DNA of 64,000 nt from Pirellulaceae bacterium. Lineage in GTDB: Bacteria; Planctomycetota; Planctomycetia; Pirellulales; Pirellulaceae. Shown here piece by piece: positions 48,692 to 58,444 of the stretch. The position numbers and the translations under genes are program-made. The DNA lies in the NCBI GenBank assembly GCA_963805875.1, contig CAWDWE010000007.1:887013-951012 (forward strand). The letters run 5' to 3'. The notes below the pieces were generated by a model, which had not been told where the DNA came from, made no database searches, and saw only the letters and a list, made by a program, of their open reading frames with translations. Positions within the stretch are counted from its first letter, which is position 1. Each line of letters begins with the position of its first letter.

Positions 48692-49430
48692 ATGAATGGG
48701 GAGCTGACTCGGGCGGCGGCCAATGCCGAACCGTCGGCGTTTTCGGATAGCCTTGTGGACGACTCGCCTGCGATGCGCGTCGGGCTGCGGCTGCTGCAAC
48801 AGGCTTACGACTACAGCCGCGACTTGCAACGCGTCGTCTGGGACTTCGCCGTGGAGATCGACGTCCTCCGCCGGGCGGGGCTGAACAATAACGATCTGCG
48901 CTGGTTGCATTATAAGGGTTATATCGAGCACGGCCGGGAGATCACCGAGCCGGGCGACATCGACCGCAACTTCCAACGCCGTGACGACCTCACGCTCTCC
49001 GCCGAATCATGCTTCGTCCTGACCGAGGACGGCGCCCGCGTCTTGGGGATGGCCGGCCGCTGCCAAGCGACGGTGACGGCTGGTCAAACGAACGGTCATT
49101 TTCCGGTTGTCAGGGCGGTTGAAACTGACGAACCCGACGCGCTGGTTCCCTGCTGGGACTCCGATCTGCGCGAGTTTCAGTTCAATGGTTCACTCGTCAA
49201 GCGTTATCGCACGCCGTCTCCCAATCAAGAGACGATCCTCGCGGCCTTTGAAGAAGAGGATTGGCCCACGCGGATCGACGACCCGCTCCCCGGTGCCGGA
49301 CATTGATCCGAAGCAGCGCCTGCACGACACGATCAAGAGCTTGAATCGCAATCAGCTCAACCGCTTAGTGCGCTTCCGCGGCGACGGCACGGGCGAAGGG
49401 GTGCGCTGGGAGCCAATCAGCGGGGAGTAG
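48692..49430 (+). CDS. hypothetical protein. Apparent frame disruption near 49300.
   Basis: ORF 48692..49306 continues as ORF 49107..49430 (...PISGE*) in the adjacent frame. No recognised domain. Confidence 0.4.
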
Positions 49431-49479
49431 AGTGGTGGCCGGAATTAATCTCCAGCGCTCGACCGCATCCTATGCGGGC

Positions 49480-49700
49480 GTTGTCGCCACCAGCTTTAGC
49501 TGGTGGTCAGTAGCGGGTGTGCGAACCTGACAGCCGGCTTTAGCCGGGCTTCTCGATTCGACTTCAGTCCCGGGAGTCGGCCTGCGTCTGAAGCCCTGCC
49601 GGGAAGTCCGGCTAAAGCCGGCTGTGGCGATCGTCGTGTTTCTGCCATCCACCGGCTGAAGCCGGTGGCAGGCACCAATAGCGTTCAATCACGCCTAATC
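49480..49700. repeat. hairpin-array repeat (CCAGCTTTAGCTGG, CCGGCTTTAGCCGG, CCGGCTAAAGCCGG, CCGGCTGAAGCCGG). Shares the GGGCTTCTCG motif with the 4592-4850 and 60455-60700 arrays.
   Basis: Four stem-loops built on the CCGGCT-[TA]3-AGCCGG theme, plus GGGCTTCTCGATTCGACTTC. Confidence 0.5.
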
Positions 49701-49848
49701 TACTTCGCCGATCTCATTCGGGCGGCTGCGCTGCCCCAGACTACCCCTAGGTCTGCCATTGTAGTTTGCTGCGGCGACTGGTCTGATTGGCATCCATCTA
49801 CCTTGGCGCTTCCGCCTTTTGCCACTCGTTCGACACCGCCGACCGCCC

Positions 49849-50703
49849 ATGTCTGACTTTACGCCGCTTGGTATGGGCTGGCACCCGGACGTGCCGGACA
49901 TGCGGGATTTTACAATCGACAGCCCGGCCGTGCGGAGCCTGCTGGACCGCTTGCCGGCGCGACCCGGCGCAGCCGGATCAATCGCCGCAGGCAGACCTGC
50001 GAGAGTACTTCCCGGCGACCCGCGATCAACAGCGGCTGCGGGCGTCGTGCGCGCACGCTTGCCTGGGCATGTACCAGTATTTCGAGCGCCGGGCCTTGGG
50101 GCGCATCGACCATCCGTCGCATCTGTTTCTCCATCGGATGATCCGCAAGCTGATGCGCGTCCGCGGCAATGTGGATACGAACCTCCGCACCGCGCTGAAG
50201 GCGCTGGCCCGCTTCGGCGCGCCGCCAGAGGACTATTGGCCCTACGAATGCGACAACCTGGACGCCGAACCTGACCCGTTCCTCTACGCCTTTAGCAGCG
50301 ATTGCCGGGCGATGGTTTACCTGCGGTTGGACCGCCCCGGCCGCAAAGGGGCGGCTGTGCTGGGCCGCGTCAAAGCATTCTTGCAGGCCGGTTTTCCCGT
50401 GGCCTTCGGCTTCGCCGTGCCGAGTTCGCTCACCGCCGAGGGCGAAATCCCCTATCGCCCGCGCTACGACGCCGTGCAGGGCGGACAGGCGGTGGTGGCG
50501 GTCGGCTACGACGACGACCCGCGCGGAAGCCAAGCGGCGCACTGCTGGTGCGCAGCTCTTGGGGCCAGCAGTGGGGCGAAGCAGGCTACGGTTGGCTGCC
50601 TTACGCTTACGTCGAAAAGCGAATGGCCCTGGACTTCTGGGTCATGTTGCGACCCGACTGGCTCGAGTCGGGTGAATTCTTCAGACCAGAGGACGTGGGA
50701 TAG
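49849..50703 (+). CDS. papain-like cysteine peptidase (C1A family). Two apparent frame disruptions (~49975, ~50535).
   Basis: Frame 2 DLREYFPATRDQQRLRASCAHAC (Gln/Cys active-site region). ...VVAVGYDDD.... Frame 1 ...LLVRSSWGQQWGEAGYGWLPYAYV (Asn-Ser-Trp region). N-terminal MSDFTPLGMGWHPD in frame 1. Confidence 0.6.
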
Positions 50704-50729
50704 GCGTCCAGCCTGTCAGGCACGCCAAG

Positions 50730-50811
50730 GGGTCGGGAGTCTTTTTCGCGGAACACGCGATCGAGCGCTGAGTCGCTGGAAGCGAAAAAGACTCCCGACC
50801 CCCTCCGCGTC
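50730..50811. repeat. long perfect inverted repeat (21-bp stem, ~36-nt loop)
   Basis: GGGGTCGGGAGTCTTTTTCGC ... GCGAAAAAGACTCCCGACCCC, 30 nt after the peptidase stop. Confidence 0.55.
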
Positions 50812-51101
50812 ACCGGCGCACTCATCACATCGCGCACATTCGTCCGCGCCGCGCGCCGACCGTAGTCCCCCAGCGCTTCCCCAACCTTCCCGTAGTGATC
50901 GGCGAAACCTCGGACATACTGAGGCTCGTTGTCGATTGCCTCAATCTCGTGGTTTCGATCGGCAGACAAGTCCGGGGGGACACAAGCACGCTTAGGCTCA
51001 TGGGAACACTGATGTAATTCCAGACTCGCGCCGCCTATCGCGCTTCTACTCCTTTTCCTTTCTCCCTTACCAACACGGACGGCGGCTAGTAGGAATCTTC
51101 C

Positions 51102-52649
51102 GTGAGCATGCACAACGACGCCTATCAATCCGAGTTGCAAGTTTCCGCCGTCCACACCAACGGCAACGGCGATGGCCGCGCCAATGGCAATGGTCACAGT
51201 AATGGCCACAGCAATGGCAACGGCCAGACAGCCGTAGTCGACGGCCGCGCCAATCCCATCCTCGACAAACTCGTCGGTTGGGACACCATCTCGACCACGC
51301 CGCTGAAAGATCCCGTCGCCCCCGAGGCGATCTCGCATCGCGACCTGCTCGAAGGCGAGTTCTGGCAGCGGCTACCGGGCTATGCGGATGTCGACACCGA
51401 GACATTTCTCGACCACAAGTGGCAGGCCCGCCAATCGGTCACGAACTTGAAGCGGCTGCAAGAGACGGTAGGCGAATTGGCCCCGCAGTCGTTTTACGAC
51501 GACGTCGAGGCGGGCCGCAAGGCCGCGCCGATGGCGATGCGAATCTCGCCTTACCTGATGGCCCTGATGAATTGGGAAGACCCGTACAACTGCCCCCTGC
51601 GGACGCAGTTCATGCCGGTGCGAAAGAACCTGATGCAGGATCATCCCAAGATGCATCTCGACTCGCTGCACGAGCAAGACGACTCGCCCGTGCCCGGGCT
51701 GACGCATCGCTACATCGACAAGGCCCTCTTCCTGCCGCTGAACACCTGCCCCGTCTACTGCCGCTTCTGCACCCGCAGCTACTCGATCGGCGCCGACACC
51801 GAAGAGGTGACGAAGGTCGCCCTGCGGGTGGACTACGACCGCTGGCGAGCGGCGTTCGCCTACGTGCAGTCGCGTCCGGAGCTGGAAGATATCGTCATCA
51901 GCGGCGGCGACGCCTTCAACCTGCGGGCCGATCAACTGGAAGCAATCGGCACGACGCTTCTGAACATGCCGAACATCCGCCGGCTGCGGATCGCCACCAA
52001 GGGGCTGGCGATCATGCCGCAGAAGATTCTCTCCGACGACGCTTGGCTTGACGCGGTCACCCGCCTGGTGAAGATGGCCCGCGGCCTGCAAAAGGAAGTC
52101 GTGATTCACACGCACTTCAATCACCCGTCGGAAATCACCTGGATTTCCCGCGAGGCGCTGGCCATTTTGCACGAGCGGGGCGTCATCGTTCGCAATCAGG
52201 CGGTGATGCAGCGGGGCGTGAACGATAGCATCGAGACGATGATTACGCTCGTGCGGCGGCTGGCCTATATCAACGTCCAGCCGTATTACGTCTACGTCTG
52301 CGACATGGTCCCCGGCGTGGAAGACCTGCGAACCAGCATCGCCACCGCCGAGCGGATCGAAAAGCACGTCCGCGGCACCACCGCCGGCTTCAACACCCCG
52401 ATGTTCGTCTGCGACGCACCCGGCGGCGGCGGCAAGCGAGACTTGCACTCTTACGAATATTACAATCGCGACTCAGGCATCGCGGTATATACGGCCCCGT
52501 CGATCAAGCCGGGGAAATTCTTCCTCTACTTCGACCCGCTTCACAGCCTCAGCGAGGAGTATCAACAGCGCTGGCAAGTCGAAAGCGAACAACAGCGGAT
52601 GGTCGAGCAGGCCACCAGCGAAGCCAAGCGAAATCTCGCGATGTGCTGA
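51102..52649 (+). CDS. kamA: lysine 2,3-aminomutase (KamA family radical SAM)
   Basis: CPVYCRFCTR radical-SAM CxxxCxxC. KamA-family blocks ...PGLTHRYIDKALFLPLNTC..., ...ISGGDAF..., ...IHTHFNHPSEIT..., ...GFNTPMFVCDAPGGGGK. Unusual NG-rich N-terminal insertion (NGNGDGRANGNGHSNGHSNGNGQ). Confidence 0.9.
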   Translation: MSMHNDAYQSELQVSAVHTNGNGDGRANGNGHSNGHSNGNGQTAVVDGRANPILDKLVGWDTISTTPLKDPVAPEAISHRDLLEGEFWQRLPGYADVDTETFLDHKWQARQSVTNLKRLQETVGELAPQSFYDDVEAGRKAAPMAMRISPYLMALMNWEDPYNCPLRTQFMPVRKNLMQDHPKMHLDSLHEQDDSPVPGLTHRYIDKALFLPLNTCPVYCRFCTRSYSIGADTEEVTKVALRVDYDRWRAAFAYVQSRPELEDIVISGGDAFNLRADQLEAIGTTLLNMPNIRRLRIATKGLAIMPQKILSDDAWLDAVTRLVKMARGLQKEVVIHTHFNHPSEITWISREALAILHERGVIVRNQAVMQRGVNDSIETMITLVRRLAYINVQPYYVYVCDMVPGVEDLRTSIATAERIEKHVRGTTAGFNTPMFVCDAPGGGGKRDLHSYEYYNRDSGIAVYTAPSIKPGKFFLYFDPLHSLSEEYQQRWQVESEQQRMVEQATSEAKRNLAMC

Positions 52650-52787
52650 TCGTTGACCCGCGGCCGAGTCTCGTCATCACCCTTCGTAGCAGAACTCGTG
52701 AGAGTTTTGGCGCCGAAGTCTCACGACTTCGGCTACATGAATTGTCGACTCATCCTCCACTCCCGCTGTTACCTCACATAAACACCT

Positions 52788-55700
52788 ATGAGCACACTCA
52801 CCAAAGAATTCGCTGCCTTGGAGACCGGAACCGCCACTGTCCACGGCCTGTTCGAAGAGCAAGCCGACCAGCGTCCTACAGCGACGGCGCTGGTCTTCGG
52901 CGATGAGCAAATCTCCTATCAGGAACTCGACGAGCGGGCCAACCAACTGGCGCATTACCTCCGCTCGCTGGGCGTGGGGCCGGGCGAGTTGGTGGGTCTG
53001 TATTTGGAGCGATCCGAGAAGGCGATCATCGCCATCCTGGCGATTCTCAAGGCGGGCGGCGGCTACATCCCCATCGACCCCACGCACCCTTGGGAACGGG
53101 TCAAGCACATTCTGGACGAAGCCAAGGTGTCGGTGATGATCACCGCCTCCGAGTTGCCCGAAGAGTCCGAAGCGTTCTTCCATGGCACGGTCGTCGATTG
53201 GGACAATGACCGAAAGAAGATCGCTCGGCAATCGACCGAGCGGATTTCCGCCGACGAATCAGGCGTCTCGCCGGGCGACATCTGCTACGTGCTCTACACA
53301 TCCGGTTCGACCGGTCGCCCCAAGGGCGTGATGACCGAACATCGCAACGTGGTGCGGTTCGTGCGGTCGTTCAACGAAATTGTGCAGCTCGATTCGGACG
53401 ACCGCGTGTACCAGGGTTTTGCACTCGGCTTTGACGGCTCGGTTGAAGAGATGTGGATGGCCTTCTCCAACGGGGCGCGGTTGGTCGTCGGCCCGCCGGA
53501 GGCCGCCCGCGTGGGGAGCGAGGTCGCCCGGGTGTTCCGCGAGCAACAAATCACCGTGTTTTCGACCGTGCCGACGTTCCTCTCGCTAATTCAAGAAGAA
53601 CTCCCCAGCGTGCGGTTGATCATCGTCAGCGGCGAAGCCTGCCCGCCCGAGGCGGTGCAGCGTTGGGCCATTCCGAGCCGGCGAATGCTGAACGTCTACG
53701 GACCCACCGAAACAACCGTCAACTCCACAGCAAAACTTTGTACCCCGGGCGAGCCGGTCACGATTGGCAGACCGCTTCGCGGCTACACGATGCACATCCT
53801 TGACGAACAGCAACGCCCCGTCCCGCGGGGCGAAGCGGGCGAGCTGTACATCGGCGGCGTCGGGCTCGCCCGCGGGTACTTGAATCAACCGGAACTGACG
53901 CAGAAGCAATTCGTCCCCAATTGTCTAGGCGACAAGGCCAGCGGCCCCCGGCTGTACAAGACGGGCGACCTGGTGAAGTGGGACGAGGACGGCGAGCTGC
54001 TGTTTTTGGGCCGCATCGACCGGCAGGTGAAAGTCCGCGGCTTCCGCATTGAACTTTCCGAAATCGAATCGGTGCTCCGCGAACACGACATGATTCATCA
54101 GGCCGTGGTCACAGTCGTCGAACGCGACGGGCTAAAGCATCTGGCCGCCCACGTCACCTCGCCCTGCAACGGTTCGTTCGACCGCGACGACGTGCGCGAC
54201 AGCCTCCGCGAACGCCTGCCCGTTTACATGGTGCCCAGCTTCCTGGATGTTCTGCCCGAACTGCCGATGCTCGACAGCGGCAAGGTCGACCGCAAGAAGC
54301 TGCCCGAACCGGCGCTGCCGCTGGTGGCTTCCAAACGCACGATCGTCGAAGCAGAGAGCGAAACCGAACGCCGCATCGTCGAGGTCTGGAAGGATCTCTG
54401 CAAAACGCCGACCGTCTCGGTCGAAGACGACTTCTTCATGGACCTGGGCGGCTATTCGCTGCTGGCAGGGCAAACGATTACGGCCCTGCGAAACGACCAC
54501 GGCTTCGACGTGGCGATTCGCGATCTGTACAAACACACCACCGCCCGCCGCCTCGCCCGTTACATCGAAGACCACGCCCAAGCGTGCCCGGCCGTAGAAA
54601 CCACCGCCGGCGATACCGAGCGACGCTCCGCCCGCGAGGTTTTTCATAGCGTGCCGCGTCTGACCCGCTGGAGCGTCTATGTCCTGCAATTGATCAGTCT
54701 GATCGCCATCAACGGGCTGCAAATGCTGCCGCTGTTGATCGTGGCGCTGTTGGGCGTCGAGGTCTATTACGGCGGGCTGGCGTTTGGGCAGTTCCTCACC
54801 ATCGTGTTCGTGATGGTCTTCGCCGCCCCGCCGCTGGGCATCCTGCTGACGATTGCCACGAAATGGCTGCTGATCGGGCGATTCAAAGCGGGCGAGTATC
54901 CACTCTGGACGTTTTACTATTTTCGCTGGTGGCTGGTGACGCGGATGCAGGAAATGAGCTGGATCGAGCTGTACACCGGCACACCCATCGTCAGCCTCTA
55001 CTTCCGCCTGATGGGGGCGCGGGTCGGCAAGAACTGCTTGCTCGATACCACCGAGGCCCTGGCGTTCGACCTACTCACCATCGGCGACGACACCTGCATT
55101 GGCACGCAAACGCAGCTTACCGGTTATCGCGTGGAAGACGGACTGTTGAAGATCGGCACGATCGAAGTCGGCTCGCGATGCTTCATCGGCACACATTGCT
55201 GCTTGGACATCAACAGCAAGATGGGCGACGATACCTGCCTGGACGATCTCTCGCTGCTGCCGACGGGCGAGGCCGTTCCCGACGGCGAATCGCGGCGCGG
55301 CTCGCCGGCGGCGGCGGCCGTGGTCAGCGTTCCGCGGGTGAATGAAGAGAGAGCGGCCCAGCGGCATCCCTTCTGGTGGGGGCTGGCGTTTTTCATTGCC
55401 GGCGAAATTGTGGGCGAAATGGTGCTGCTCACCACCCTGCCGCCGCTGGCGATCATCTACGGCTGCTTCCTGTGGGGCGGCATTTCGGGCGCGGTCGCGG
55501 GCGTGTTCCTATCCATCCCCATCGGCCTCGTCGCCTTCTGTCTGATGATCGCCACCTACAAGGCCATCATCATGCGGAAAGCCAAGCCGGGCGTCTATTC
55601 GACCGAAAGCTGGTTCTACCTCCGCAAATGGTCGGCTGATTTGCTGCTGACGATCGCCGGCCGAGCGTTAAAAGGGGTCTACACCACGATCTTCCTGCCG

Positions 55701-56759
55701 ACCTGGCTCAGAATGCTGGGAGCGAAGATCGGCAAATGGGCGGAGATTGCGACCGTTTCGGAAGTTTCGCCGGACCTGATCACCATCGGCGAGGGAAGCT
55801 TCTTCGCCGACGGCAGCATGGTCGGCGGCCGCCGGTTGTTCCGCGGGCATGTGCAACTGGCGCGCAATAAAGTCGGTAATCACAGCTTTGTCGGTAATAA
55901 CGCCCTGCTGCCGATGGGCGCCTCGTTGGGCGACAACTGCCTGCTAGGCGTGATTTCCACCCCGCCCGGCGGCGTCGGCGCCACCACGCCCGACACCACC
56001 GAATGGCTCGGTTCGCCGGCGTTCCAACTTCCCAACCGCAAAAAGGTCGGCGGCTTCGCCGATGAAGAGACCTTCAACCCAACCTTAAAGCTTTGCCTCA
56101 TCAGGACTTGCATCGACACGCTGCGAATCCTGATTCCTTACTTCATCTGGGCAAGCGGCATGCTACTGTTCATTACTGCCGCGGTGGCGGGGTATTTTTA
56201 CCTGCCGCTGTGGGCCGTGTTCGCGCTGTTGCCGCTGGTGTCGTCAGCCGTTGCAGTCGGCTCCGCCCTGTCGGTCGTCCTCCTCAAATGGGTCGTCATG
56301 GGCACCTTCAAGCCCGTGATCAAACCGCTGTGGTGCGTCTGGATTTGGACCAACGAGATGATGATGGGATCGTTTGAAACGGTCGTGCAGGGAGTCGTCG
56401 AATCGTGGCAGGGGACACCCTACGCCTGCTGGTTCATGCGGCTGATGGGCTGCAAGATCGGCAAGCACGTTTACTTGGAATCGATTTTGTTCTCCGAATT
56501 CGACTTGGTGGAAATCGGCGACTACGCCGCGCTCAACCTGGGATCGATCGGCCAAACGCACTTGTTTGAGGATCGCATTTTTAAGTCGTCTTACGTGAAG
56601 ATCGGGGCCGAGTGCTCCGTGGGGAATATGACAGTCGTGCTGTACGACACGGAAATGAAAGACGGATCGTCCATCGGATCGCTGTCGCTGCTGATGAAGG
56701 GAGAAACCCTCGCCGCCGACACGCGGTGCATCGGCATCCCGATGCGGGAGATTAAGTAA
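52788..56759 (+). CDS. Pls/PosA-type iterative NRPS-like synthetase: A domain + T domain + six TM helices interleaved with three tandem C-terminal soluble repeats. No condensation or thioesterase domain.
   Basis: A-domain cores YTSGSTGRPKGV (A3), FDGSVEEMW (A4), NVYGPTETT (A5), GELYIGGVGLARGY (A6), YKTGDL (A7), GRIDRQVKVRGFRIELSEIE (A8), LPMLDSGKVDRKKL (A10). Carrier motif FFMDLGGYSLLAG (Ser at ~54455). Then TM pair / soluble ~140-aa domain, three times. Each soluble domain opens with W.FY.R.W...RM(L)G..(I/V)GK and contains hexapeptide-like [LIV]G stretches. This is the diagnostic epsilon-poly-L-lysine synthetase architecture. Confidence 0.85.
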   Translation: MSTLTKEFAALETGTATVHGLFEEQADQRPTATALVFGDEQISYQELDERANQLAHYLRSLGVGPGELVGLYLERSEKAIIAILAILKAGGGYIPIDPTHPWERVKHILDEAKVSVMITASELPEESEAFFHGTVVDWDNDRKKIARQSTERISADESGVSPGDICYVLYTSGSTGRPKGVMTEHRNVVRFVRSFNEIVQLDSDDRVYQGFALGFDGSVEEMWMAFSNGARLVVGPPEAARVGSEVARVFREQQITVFSTVPTFLSLIQEELPSVRLIIVSGEACPPEAVQRWAIPSRRMLNVYGPTETTVNSTAKLCTPGEPVTIGRPLRGYTMHILDEQQRPVPRGEAGELYIGGVGLARGYLNQPELTQKQFVPNCLGDKASGPRLYKTGDLVKWDEDGELLFLGRIDRQVKVRGFRIELSEIESVLREHDMIHQAVVTVVERDGLKHLAAHVTSPCNGSFDRDDVRDSLRERLPVYMVPSFLDVLPELPMLDSGKVDRKKLPEPALPLVASKRTIVEAESETERRIVEVWKDLCKTPTVSVEDDFFMDLGGYSLLAGQTITALRNDHGFDVAIRDLYKHTTARRLARYIEDHAQACPAVETTAGDTERRSAREVFHSVPRLTRWSVYVLQLISLIAINGLQMLPLLIVALLGVEVYYGGLAFGQFLTIVFVMVFAAPPLGILLTIATKWLLIGRFKAGEYPLWTFYYFRWWLVTRMQEMSWIELYTGTPIVSLYFRLMGARVGKNCLLDTTEALAFDLLTIGDDTCIGTQTQLTGYRVEDGLLKIGTIEVGSRCFIGTHCCLDINSKMGDDTCLDDLSLLPTGEAVPDGESRRGSPAAAAVVSVPRVNEERAAQRHPFWWGLAFFIAGEIVGEMVLLTTLPPLAIIYGCFLWGGISGAVAGVFLSIPIGLVAFCLMIATYKAIIMRKAKPGVYSTESWFYLRKWSADLLLTIAGRALKGVYTTIFLPTWLRMLGAKIGKWAEIATVSEVSPDLITIGEGSFFADGSMVGGRRLFRGHVQLARNKVGNHSFVGNNALLPMGASLGDNCLLGVISTPPGGVGATTPDTTEWLGSPAFQLPNRKKVGGFADEETFNPTLKLCLIRTCIDTLRILIPYFIWASGMLLFITAAVAGYFYLPLWAVFALLPLVSSAVAVGSALSVVLLKWVVMGTFKPVIKPLWCVWIWTNEMMMGSFETVVQGVVESWQGTPYACWFMRLMGCKIGKHVYLESILFSEFDLVEIGDYAALNLGSIGQTHLFEDRIFKSSYVKIGAECSVGNMTVVLYDTEMKDGSSIGSLSLLMKGETLAADTRCIGIPMREIK

Positions 56760-56770
56760 GGCCGACGGAT

Positions 56771-57775
56771 ATGACGCACAAGAATTACTTCGAGATCAAA
56801 GCGGACACCTACCGCGAGTTGGGCGCGAGCCAGGGAAAGCTGTTTCGCGCGTACGTGCAGGCGGCATTGGTGGAGAAGAAGGCGCTGACGACCGTCCCGT
56901 GGAACGACATCGTCGTCCAGGCCAAGCCGTACCTGGAAGCCACGTCGGCCGTTTTCCCCAAACTGATCGAAGAAGCGCAAGGCTATGCCGAAGGGGCGCA
57001 AGTTCCCTTTAGCGACTTGTGGCTGTTGCTCTGCGAAGACGAACTGGAAGACGACGACGCGGAGAAATGCACCACGATCGTCACCAATGAAGGGGCACTG
57101 CTCTCGCACAACGAGGACTGGACCCCCGCGGCCGAAGACTACATTTGCCTGCTCCGCAAGACGGTGGCGGGCTTCACGATTTTGGAACTGCATTACATCG
57201 GCACGTTGGGCGGCAACGCCGTGTCGATCAATTCGCACGGCGTCGTTCAATCGATCAACTCACTCACACACGCCGACGGGCGAGTCGGCGTGCCGCGGAA
57301 CATGATCGCCCGTTGGATGTCGCAAACCAGCGACCCCGACCGCGACTTCGCCCGCATGAAGACCATTCGCCGGGCGGCTGGCTACCACCACGGACTGTTG
57401 AACACGAAGAGACAACTATGGAGCATCGAATGCTCCGCTAAGCGGCAGAAACTCCGCCGCCCGAAGTTTCCGTTCGTGCATACGAATCACTATCAGACGG
57501 AACTGGAAGTGTTGGAGCATGACGACGGACAGCAAGGAACGTACTCCCGTTGTGAGCGGGCGCAGAAACAAGTCGAGCCGACAATGACCGGCGCGGCCCT
57601 GAAAACACTAACTCGGGACGTCGCCGACGGCGCCGTGCTAAGCATTTTTAATGAGCGAACCATCGGGCAAATGATTTTCGATTTGAAAGCGATGACCGCC
57701 AGCGTTTGGCTGAAGCGCGAAGCGTCCGCCGGGTGGATTGACTACAGCCTCGCCGATTTTAGGGGAGGCGATTGA
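56771..57775 (+). CDS. C45 family Ntn-hydrolase (acyl-CoA:6-APA acyltransferase/peptidase-like)
   Basis: Starts 12 nt after the synthetase stop. Candidate autoprocessing/nucleophile site ...AEKCTTIVTNEGALLSHNEDW.... Overall C45/choloylglycine-hydrolase-like length and pattern. Confidence 0.55.
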   Translation: MTHKNYFEIKADTYRELGASQGKLFRAYVQAALVEKKALTTVPWNDIVVQAKPYLEATSAVFPKLIEEAQGYAEGAQVPFSDLWLLLCEDELEDDDAEKCTTIVTNEGALLSHNEDWTPAAEDYICLLRKTVAGFTILELHYIGTLGGNAVSINSHGVVQSINSLTHADGRVGVPRNMIARWMSQTSDPDRDFARMKTIRRAAGYHHGLLNTKRQLWSIECSAKRQKLRRPKFPFVHTNHYQTELEVLEHDDGQQGTYSRCERAQKQVEPTMTGAALKTLTRDVADGAVLSIFNERTIGQMIFDLKAMTASVWLKREASAGWIDYSLADFRGGD

Positions 57776-57841
57776 AATAGCAACGTACAGTTTTACCACG
57801 AACCCTTTCTTCACACGTTTTTGCAACTGAGGAGCACAAAG

Positions 57842-58291
57842 ATGAACTTGCGACAAAGCTGTTTGAGTCTGGCCCTGTTGACGATGATCGGCGCCTATGC
57901 GGCCGCCCAAGCGCCGGACTTGCCGGCGCCCACCGTATCGCGCGCCGATGCGCCGCGCTACCAGGTCGACACCCATGAGTTTAGCTACAACGGCTACGAC
58001 TACGAAGTCTTCATGAAGCTCGACCGCCACACGGGTCAGACCTGGCGATTCCACGCCTCGAAGGCGACCTGGACCCCCATCGCCGAACCGAAAGACGCCG
58101 GCCCCGAGCCGACCGATCACAACCGCTACGAGTTCTTCGTCCACGACTACCGCAAGGCCAGCGGCGGCGACGAAGAAATGTTCCTGCGGATGGACATGGA
58201 AGCGGGCAAGACCTGGTACTACCGCGGCGTTTTCGCCGGATGGAAAGAACTGCCCGAGGGAACGACCCCCGAGGCGGCCGCCGCGGAGTAG
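57842..58291 (+). CDS. secreted protein with two copies of a novel ~45-aa repeat (..[KR]hD..TG.TW.[FY]...)
   Basis: GAGGAG RBS. Signal peptide MNLRQSCLSLALLTMIGAYAAAQA. Repeats FMKLDRHTGQTWRFHA...WTPIAE and FLRMDMEAGKTWYYRG...WKELPE. Confidence 0.55.
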   Translation: MNLRQSCLSLALLTMIGAYAAAQAPDLPAPTVSRADAPRYQVDTHEFSYNGYDYEVFMKLDRHTGQTWRFHASKATWTPIAEPKDAGPEPTDHNRYEFFVHDYRKASGGDEEMFLRMDMEAGKTWYYRGVFAGWKELPEGTTPEAAAAE

Positions 58292-58312
58292 TCAAGGGTA
58301 GAGAATGCAACA

Positions 58313-58351
58313 TCCATCCGGCTGCGGTCTTCGCAGCCGGATGGTGGTTTT
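58313..58351 (+). terminator. rho-independent terminator
   Basis: CCATCCGGCTGCGGTCTTCGCAGCCGGATGG + TGGTTTTTG, 22 nt after the stop. Followed by the GGTGACAGGGTGAGGGGGTGACAATCACCCTGTCACCCCCTCACCCTGTCACC palindrome at 58365-58430. Confidence 0.65.
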
Positions 58352-58444
58352 TGACAGAGTGACAAGGTGACAGGGTGAGGGGGTGACAATCACCCTGTCA
58401 CCCCCTCACCCTGTCACCCCTTCACCCCCTCACTGCCCGTCACC

